A stretch of 64,000 nt of DNA. Origin: Obrimoposthia wandeli. Lineage: Eukaryota. Shown here piece after piece: positions 57,879 through 64,000 of this stretch. Under the pieces are notes generated by a model. That model had not been told where the DNA came from. It ran no database searches and saw nothing but the letters and a program-made list of their open reading frames with translations. The stretch covers positions 1,984,001 through 2,048,000 of the forward strand of contig CDROCS010000253.1 of NCBI GenBank assembly GCA_977020255.1, read 5' to 3'. The translations under genes were made by a program, and so were the position numbers. Positions within the stretch are counted from its first letter, which is position 1; each line of letters starts with the position of its first letter.

Positions 57879-58799
57879 ATGCAGTTAGTTCGCGGAATAC
57901 ATAATATTCAATTAGAAGATCATAGTTGTGTGCTAACTATTGGTAATTTTGATGGTGTTCATTTAGGGCATCAGCAAGTAATTAAGGCTTTGGTAAGTAA
58001 AGCGAAAGCTTTAAATTGTGTGGCTGCAGTGTTAGTTTTTGAACCACAACCACAAGAGCTTTTTTCACCAGAAACAGCACCTGCTCGATTATGCCGTTTA
58101 CGCGATAAATATAATTTATTAGCGAAACTTGGCGTGCAGCGACTTATTTGTGTCAATTTCACTGCTAAATTTGCCAATCAAAGCGCCCAACATTTTATAG
58201 AAAATTTGTTGGTGAATAAATTAGGTATAAAACACCTTATTGTCGGTGATGATTTCTGCTTTGGTAAGAATCGAAGCGGTAACTTTTCCATGTTATGTCA
58301 AGCAGGAGAAAAGCATGGTTTTGATGTTTCAGATACCGCAAGTTATAAAATGGCAGATTGCCGCATTAGTTCAACGGCCATACGTCAAGCATTAGAACAA
58401 GATGATTTAGTGTCAGTTAAACAGATGTTAGGCAGAGAATATTCGATAATTGGTCGCGTGTTCCATGGTGACAAGCGAGGTCGACAGTTAGGTTTTCCAA
58501 CCGCTAATGTCTTACTTAAAAGGCGTGTTTCTCCCCTTAGTGGTGTTTTTGCTGTGATGGTAAAAACAAACAATGGCGAATTTAAAGGGGTTGCAAATAT
58601 TGGTGCTAGGCCAACAGTTAACGGCATTAGGCAACAATTAGAAGTACATATTTTTGATTTTGATGAAAATCTCTATGGGCAATGCATTGAAGTGGTCGTT
58701 AAGAGAAAACTACGCCCAGTGATTAAGTTTGACAGCCTTGAAGCGCTTACCGCGCAAATTCGTCAAGACAGTGAACAAGCAAAACAAGTATTAGCTTAA
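57879..58799 (+). CDS. ribF: Bifunctional riboflavin kinase/FAD synthetase
   Basis: IGNFDGVHLGHQ, GDDFCFG, ISST, GRQLGFPTAN, GARPTV, LEVH. Confidence 0.97.
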   Translation: MQLVRGIHNIQLEDHSCVLTIGNFDGVHLGHQQVIKALVSKAKALNCVAAVLVFEPQPQELFSPETAPARLCRLRDKYNLLAKLGVQRLICVNFTAKFANQSAQHFIENLLVNKLGIKHLIVGDDFCFGKNRSGNFSMLCQAGEKHGFDVSDTASYKMADCRISSTAIRQALEQDDLVSVKQMLGREYSIIGRVFHGDKRGRQLGFPTANVLLKRRVSPLSGVFAVMVKTNNGEFKGVANIGARPTVNGIRQQLEVHIFDFDENLYGQCIEVVVKRKLRPVIKFDSLEALTAQIRQDSEQAKQVLA

Positions 58800-58912
58800 C
58801 GCTTTACTTGTGATGATTAAAAATAATATATTCAATTAACAGTTATAAACTTGGTTGATATTTATAGCGTTTTGTTAAGTTTATCAGCCAACATTAACGG
58901 ATAATGATTTAA

Positions 58913-61762
58913 ATGAGTGATTACAAACAGACCCTGAACTTACCAGCCACTTCTTTCGCTATGAAAGGTAATATGGCTAACCGTGAACCTAATATGCTCA
59001 AAGATTGGGCAGCTAAAGATCTTTATGGCAAGATTCGTGAAGCCAAGAAAGGTAAAAAGTCATTCATTCTTCATGATGGCCCTCCTTATGCCAATGGTAA
59101 TATTCACATAGGTCACGCCGTTAATAAAATCTTAAAAGATATTATTATTAAATCAAAAAACTTATCTGATTTTAATTCACCGTTCGTACCAGGTTGGGAT
59201 TGTCACGGTTTACCAATTGAATTAATGGTTGAGAAAAAAGTCGGCAAGCCAGGTCATAAAATCAGCGCTAGCGATTTTCGTCAAAAGTGTCGTGAATATG
59301 CCGCGAAGCAAGTTAATGGTCAACGAGAAGATTTCAAACGTTTAGGTATTTTCGCCGATTGGGAAAAACCTTACTTAACTATGGATTTTGGTACTGAAGC
59401 CAATATTATCCGTTCATTAGGCAAAATTGCTGAAAATGGACATTTACACCAAGGTTTTAAACCTGTGCATTGGTGTACTGATTGTGGTTCATCTTTAGCT
59501 GAAGCTGAAGTTGAATATAAAGACAAACAATCACCAGCTATTGATGTGAAATTTGTTATTAGCGACGAAACCGTAGCAGATAAATTCTCTCACCCAGAAG
59601 ACCATAAAGGTGAAGGTGAGATTGGGGTTGTTATTTGGACAACAACACCTTGGACACTTCCTGCTAACCGTGCAATAGCGGTAAATTCTGATGTTGAATA
59701 CACCTTAGTTCAATGTGAACAGGAAGGTAAAAAACAACGTTTAATCATAGCGTCTGATCTTGTTACTTCATGTATGGATCGTTTCGGTTTTGATAAATAC
59801 CATGCCTTAGGTTTTTGTAAAGGTCAGGATTTAGAATTAGTACAATGTCAGCATCCATTTTATGATTTTACAGTGCCTGTTGTTTTAGGTGAGCATGTTA
59901 CTACTGATTCAGGTACGGGTTGTGTTCATACTGCGCCAGGTCATGGTGTAGAGGATTTTGTCGTTGGTAAGTTATATGACTTAGAAGTTGCTAACCCTGT
60001 TGGTGCTAACGGTGTTTATCTTGAAGATACCCCGTTACTTGCCGGACAACATGTCTTTAAAGCGAATGCGAGTGTTGTAGAAATATTAAAAGAAAAGGGT
60101 GCTTTAGTACATCATCACGCCTTAGATCATTCTTACCCGCATTGCTGGCGCCATAAAACGCCATTGATTTTCCGTGCTACGCCGCAGTGGTTTATCAGCA
60201 TGGACAAAAAAGGTTTACGTCAAGATTCATTAAACGAAATTGAAAAAACACAATGGATCCCTGATTGGGGTCAACGTCGTATTGAATCTATGGTTGAAGG
60301 TCGTCCTGATTGGTGTATTTCGCGTCAACGTACGTGGGGCGTGCCTATGGCATTATTTATTCATCAAGATTCGGGTGCATTGCATCCTCGCAGCATTGAA
60401 CTTATTGAAGAAGTTGCTCTTCTTGTTGAAAAGTCAGGTATTCAAGCTTGGTTCGATCTAGAAGCCAGCGAACTTATTGGTGATGATGCTAAAGAATATA
60501 TTAAAGTTCCTGATACCTTAGATGTATGGTTTGACTCAGGTACTACGCATGAATCAGTTATTAATGCGCGTGAAGAGTTTGACGGTATTGCTGATTTATA
60601 TCTTGAAGGCTCAGATCAACATCGTGGTTGGTTTATGTCTTCAATGATTTCATCCGTTGCGATGAATGGTAAAGCGCCATATAAGCAAGTACTTACTCAC
60701 GGTTTTGTGGTTGACGCTAAAGGTCACAAAATGTCTAAGTCGTTAGGTAATGTTATTACGCCAAAAGAAATTACTAACAACTTAGGCGCTGATATTTTAC
60801 GCTTATGGTCAGCATCAGTAAATTACACGCAAGAAATAACTGCTGGTGATGAGATATTTAAACGTCAAGCTGATGCTTATCGCCGCATACGTAATACATC
60901 GCGCTTCTTATTATCTAACTTAAATGGTTTTGAACCGGCTACTCATAGCGTTGCTTTTGACGACATGGTTGCTTTAGATCGTTGGGTAGTTGAGAAAGCA
61001 GCACGTTTACAAGAAGAAATCATTACTGCTTATGATGAATATGAATTTCATGTAGTAGTGCACAAAATTATGAACTTCTGTACTAACGAGCTTGGCGGTT
61101 TCTACTTAGATATTATCAAAGATAGACAATATACTGCTAAAAGTGATTCGAATGCGCGTCGTTCATGTCAAACTGCTATGTACTTAATTGTAGAAGCAAT
61201 GACAGCGTGGATGGCACCAATATTGTCATTTACAGCGCAAGAAATTTGGGAAGCTTTACCATTACCAGCAAGCGGTGAGCGAGATGAGTTTGTCTTTACT
61301 GGTGTTTGGTTTGATGGTTTAGCTAAGCAAATTGAAAACAGTAATTCAGTAGACGAACTTGATAATGATTATTGGACTGAACTACTTAGTGTACGTGGTG
61401 AAGTAAACCGTGCGTTAGAACAAGCAAGAAAAGATAAGTCTGTAGGTAAAGCATTAGAAGCACAAGTCACATTGTTTGCTACTGAAGAATTAGCGACTAA
61501 GTTAGCTAAATTGGGGGATGAACTTCGTTTTGTGTTAATTACCTCAAAAGCAACGATTGAAATAGTAACAGCGGCACCGGAAAATGCCCTTGATACTGAA
61601 GTCGAGGGATTATGGTTATCAGTGGCTCCTGCTGAAGGTATTAAGTGTGATCGTTGTTGGCATGTCACTACAGACATTGGCGAGAGCGAAATACATCCTG
61701 AGCTATGTGGTCGTTGTATCACTAATGTTGATGGTGAAGGTGAAACAAGACAGTTTGCTTAA
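58913..61762 (+). CDS. ileS: Isoleucyl-tRNA synthetase
   Basis: HDGPPYANG (HIGH), WCISRQR, KMSKS, C-terminal Zn finger CDRCW...CGRC. Confidence 0.98.
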   Translation: MSDYKQTLNLPATSFAMKGNMANREPNMLKDWAAKDLYGKIREAKKGKKSFILHDGPPYANGNIHIGHAVNKILKDIIIKSKNLSDFNSPFVPGWDCHGLPIELMVEKKVGKPGHKISASDFRQKCREYAAKQVNGQREDFKRLGIFADWEKPYLTMDFGTEANIIRSLGKIAENGHLHQGFKPVHWCTDCGSSLAEAEVEYKDKQSPAIDVKFVISDETVADKFSHPEDHKGEGEIGVVIWTTTPWTLPANRAIAVNSDVEYTLVQCEQEGKKQRLIIASDLVTSCMDRFGFDKYHALGFCKGQDLELVQCQHPFYDFTVPVVLGEHVTTDSGTGCVHTAPGHGVEDFVVGKLYDLEVANPVGANGVYLEDTPLLAGQHVFKANASVVEILKEKGALVHHHALDHSYPHCWRHKTPLIFRATPQWFISMDKKGLRQDSLNEIEKTQWIPDWGQRRIESMVEGRPDWCISRQRTWGVPMALFIHQDSGALHPRSIELIEEVALLVEKSGIQAWFDLEASELIGDDAKEYIKVPDTLDVWFDSGTTHESVINAREEFDGIADLYLEGSDQHRGWFMSSMISSVAMNGKAPYKQVLTHGFVVDAKGHKMSKSLGNVITPKEITNNLGADILRLWSASVNYTQEITAGDEIFKRQADAYRRIRNTSRFLLSNLNGFEPATHSVAFDDMVALDRWVVEKAARLQEEIITAYDEYEFHVVVHKIMNFCTNELGGFYLDIIKDRQYTAKSDSNARRSCQTAMYLIVEAMTAWMAPILSFTAQEIWEALPLPASGERDEFVFTGVWFDGLAKQIENSNSVDELDNDYWTELLSVRGEVNRALEQARKDKSVGKALEAQVTLFATEELATKLAKLGDELRFVLITSKATIEIVTAAPENALDTEVEGLWLSVAPAEGIKCDRCWHVTTDIGESEIHPELCGRCITNVDGEGETRQFA

Positions 61763-61786
61763 TTCGAACCGTCAGATTGCATTAAA

Positions 61787-61866
61787 AGTTACTTAACTTT
61801 GTTAACTAACTTAAGTAACTAATCGGGCTACTAGCCACTATCAATTCATAGGTCGTGGCTAGTAGC
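61787..61866 (+). other. Two tandem hairpins in the ileS-lspA spacer
   Basis: AGTTACTTAA/TTAAGTAACT (61787-61820) and GCTACTAGCCAC/GTGGCTAGTAGC (61827-61866), both with perfect arms. Confidence 0.6.
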
Positions 61867-61874
61867 TTATTTAA

Positions 61875-62414
61875 TTGCATTATATGAGATTATCACCATT
61901 GAAAAAATTATTTAATGACACTGGGTTACGTTGGTTATGGTTAACCTTATTATGTTTAATCATTGATCAGGTCAGTAAACATTGGGTTGCGGGTACATTT
62001 GACTATCGTGAAAGCTTGTCTGTTTTGCCATTTTTCAACCTCACTTATGTTCATAATCCTGGTGCGGCTTTTAGCTTTTTAGCCAACGAAGGCGGTTGGC
62101 AGCGGTGGTTTTTTACTGCGATAGCCAGTGTAGCTAGTATTGTTTTTCTTGTTTGGATGGCAAAAACACCGAAAAAACAGCGTTTATTAAGCATCGCTTT
62201 TGCGTTGATTTTAAGTGGTGCGGTAGGTAATTTAATCGATAGGGCCTTATTTGGCTATGTCATCGATTTTCTTGATTTTCATTGGGCAGGCTACCATTTT
62301 GCCGCTTTTAATATTGCCGACTCAGTTATTTTCATTGGCGCCGCTTTAATGATTTTTGAGTCATTTACTAATAAAGAAACGAATAAAGAACCGAATAACG
62401 AAGATAGTAAATAA
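61875..62414 (+). CDS. lspA: Lipoprotein signal peptidase II; start may be 61884 or 61899
   Basis: IDQVSK, NPGAAFSF, GAVGNLIDR, VIDF, FNIAD. Confidence 0.97.
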   Translation: MHYMRLSPLKKLFNDTGLRWLWLTLLCLIIDQVSKHWVAGTFDYRESLSVLPFFNLTYVHNPGAAFSFLANEGGWQRWFFTAIASVASIVFLVWMAKTPKKQRLLSIAFALILSGAVGNLIDRALFGYVIDFLDFHWAGYHFAAFNIADSVIFIGAALMIFESFTNKETNKEPNNEDSK

Positions 62415-62532
62415 GCTAATCAGCGCTGTAATCAAGAAAGTAATAAGTAAAGTCGTAATGAAAGTCATTATTAAAAACAATAGTGATTATAAAGTACAAA
62501 AGAATAAAACAAAATAAGGTAGAGAAATAATA

Positions 62533-62976
62533 ATGACCGTTTCAACGCAAGCAAAGATTCAAAGTGACTCAAGCATTCTTGTTCATATAACGATGAAATT
62601 AAGTGATGGTTCAGCTGCAGACAGTACTAAGGTCAATAATAAACCAGCAAAAATCATCATGGGTGATAACAGTATTTCTCCTGCCTTTGAGGCTGAGTTG
62701 ATTGGTATGGACAAAGGTGATTCAAGAGAATTTACCCTAGTAGCAAAAGATGCCTTTGGTGAGACAAATCCAGATAATATCCATTATATGGGTCTTGATA
62801 AATTTTCTGCTGAAGTACCAGCAAAAATAGGTAATATTATTACTTTTTCTCAACCCGGTGGAGAGTTACCAGGCATGATTAAAGAAATTAATGGTGATTC
62901 GGTTACTATTGACTTTAATCACCCGCTTGCAGGGCAAACAGTAACGTTTGTTATTGATTTAGTCGACATCCTTTAA
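62533..62976 (+). CDS. fkpB: FKBP-type peptidyl-prolyl isomerase SlpA/FkpB
   Basis: ADST, AFGE, VTIDFNHPLAG; conserved ileS-lspA-fkpB order. Confidence 0.93.
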   Translation: MTVSTQAKIQSDSSILVHITMKLSDGSAADSTKVNNKPAKIIMGDNSISPAFEAELIGMDKGDSREFTLVAKDAFGETNPDNIHYMGLDKFSAEVPAKIGNIITFSQPGGELPGMIKEINGDSVTIDFNHPLAGQTVTFVIDLVDIL

Positions 62977-62990
62977 TTAATTCATCCGCT

Positions 62991-63083
62991 TAAATTCATT
63001 TTCTCTTTGTTGCGAACATTGTTTCTAGGAATGTCACATAGATAAACTATGCATCATTCCTAGCGCCGCAAGAAAAAGTATTT
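62991..63083. repeat. About 90-bp nested hairpin (REP/MITE-like) between fkpB and tsaB
   Basis: TTGCG/CGCAA (63010-14/63067-71), CTAGGAATG/CATTCCTAG (63025-33/63055-63), apical CATAG-ATAAA-CTATG. Confidence 0.65.
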
Positions 63084-63162
63084 AATTCGAAAAATATTAG
63101 TTTAATGAACATTGTAAAATATCAATAAACTCTATCCAACTTTATATAGGTAAGTAAGTATT

Positions 63163-63870
63163 GTGAATTATTTGGCTCTTGATGCTTCAACTGAAGCATG
63201 TTCCGTTGCGCTGCAAGTAAACGGTAAAACCTTTTCTCGGTATGAACTTTGCCCGCAATCGCATAGTTTACACTTGCTACCGATGATAGATGCAGTACTG
63301 CATGAGGCGGGTATAAAGTTAGCTGAGCTCGATGGCCTTATTTTTGGTCAGGGACCCGGTAGCTTTACTGGTGTTCGTATTGGCGTTGGCGTAGCTCAAG
63401 GGTTGGCATTTTCTGCAAACTTACCTGTTGTTGGCGTGTCTAGCTTACAAGCTATGGCTCAACTGGCTTTTATAAAACATGGTCAGAAACAAGTCATAGC
63501 GGCAATAGATGCCCGTATGTCAGAAGTTTATAATGGCTATTTTGAGCTTGATGAAGATAATGTTATGCAAGCACAACAAGCTGAAGCGGTTACTCCGCCT
63601 GAACAGTTAGCTCAGCACCTTTCAGGAGTAGTTACAACGCCTTTCTATGCCGTTGGCACAGGTTGGGATGCGTACTCTGAAAAATTAAGTGAGCAACTGT
63701 CTGTATTGAAAACTAATGATGGCAGCCCTGATGTTTTATTCCCGACAGCTGAAGCTATGCTGATTATTGGTAAAGTAAAGTTAGCACAAGGGCAGGGCGT
63801 ATCGGCAGAAAATGCTCAGCCAGTATATGTTCGCGATACAGTTTCCTGGAAAAAACTTCCAGGTAAGTAA
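63163..63870 (+). CDS. tsaB: t6A biosynthesis protein TsaB (YeaZ)
   Basis: LALDASTEACS, GPGSFTGVRIG, AIDARMSEVY, PVYVR. Confidence 0.96.
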   Translation: MNYLALDASTEACSVALQVNGKTFSRYELCPQSHSLHLLPMIDAVLHEAGIKLAELDGLIFGQGPGSFTGVRIGVGVAQGLAFSANLPVVGVSSLQAMAQLAFIKHGQKQVIAAIDARMSEVYNGYFELDEDNVMQAQQAEAVTPPEQLAQHLSGVVTTPFYAVGTGWDAYSEKLSEQLSVLKTNDGSPDVLFPTAEAMLIIGKVKLAQGQGVSAENAQPVYVRDTVSWKKLPGK

Positions 63871-63908
63871 CTTATGTAAGACACAGTAGGAAATTCTGGA
63901 AGTAAATT

Positions 63909-64000
63909 ATGGCAAGTACCTCGCAAAAGACCACCGCCAGTTTTTGGCAAAAGTATCAATTATATTTCCTTCTGATAGCCGCCATTATCATCAGGCAAAT
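63909..64000 (+). CDS. 5' end of an unidentified gene running off the window
   Basis: GGAAG SD-like element, then MASTSQKTTASFWQKYQLYFLLIAAIIIRQ, open to the edge. Confidence 0.45.
   Translation, partial: MASTSQKTTASFWQKYQLYFLLIAAIIIRQ

Noticed and set aside
3965-61796. Numerous 60-160 aa ORFs in the track that overlap long genes (e.g. 3965-4228, 11455-11643, 20947-21429, 29762-30313, 45287-45973, 61369-61722)
   Set aside because: They are antisense or alternate-frame shadows of well-supported genes, with no motifs or SD sites.
62369-62404. 12-nt imperfect tandem repeat at the lspA 3' end
   Set aside because: In-frame, encodes a polar tail (NKET-NKEP-NNED); ordinary low complexity.
1-64000. 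CRISPR array, tRNA/rRNA, prophage, integron or intact transposase
   Set aside because: No regularly spaced direct repeats, tRNA/rRNA signatures, phage genes, integrase or full-length transposase seen.

Overview
AT-rich chromosomal window from a marine gammaproteobacterium; the gene content and protein style suggest Alteromonadales/Colwellia (inference). Conserved housekeeping blocks sit at both ends: iscR(partial)-iscS-iscU-iscA-hscB-hscA-fdx on the left, and rpsT, murJ-ribF-ileS-lspA-fkpB, tsaB on the right. Between about 7.8 and 41 kb lies a mosaic vitamin B12 uptake/salvage and methionine region. It contains cobD, cbiB and a cobC-like phosphatase; a cobalamin-riboswitch operon btuM-cobB-[secreted, membrane-anchored CobN-like protein]-[MotA/ExbB-like]-[DUF2149]-cobO; the B12-independent mesX-mesD pair; and a second operon with candidate MetJ boxes, a promoter, a minimal riboswitch, btuD-btuC-cobO-btuF, a second riboswitch and a disrupted btuB. 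Also present are two c-di-GMP enzymes with a MASE1-CHASE kinase inserted among the cob genes, two short IS relics (IS982-like and IS3-like), a complementary bacterioferritin pair with a Fur-boxed bfd, a small sugar-acid catabolic cluster, lipoprotein peptidases, an unlisted 57-aa membrane ORF and several long intergenic hairpins. I saw no rRNA, tRNA, CRISPR array, prophage or intact transposase. The strongest candidate for an uncharacterised system is the B12-regulated periplasmic CobN-like/MotA-like/DUF2149 module.
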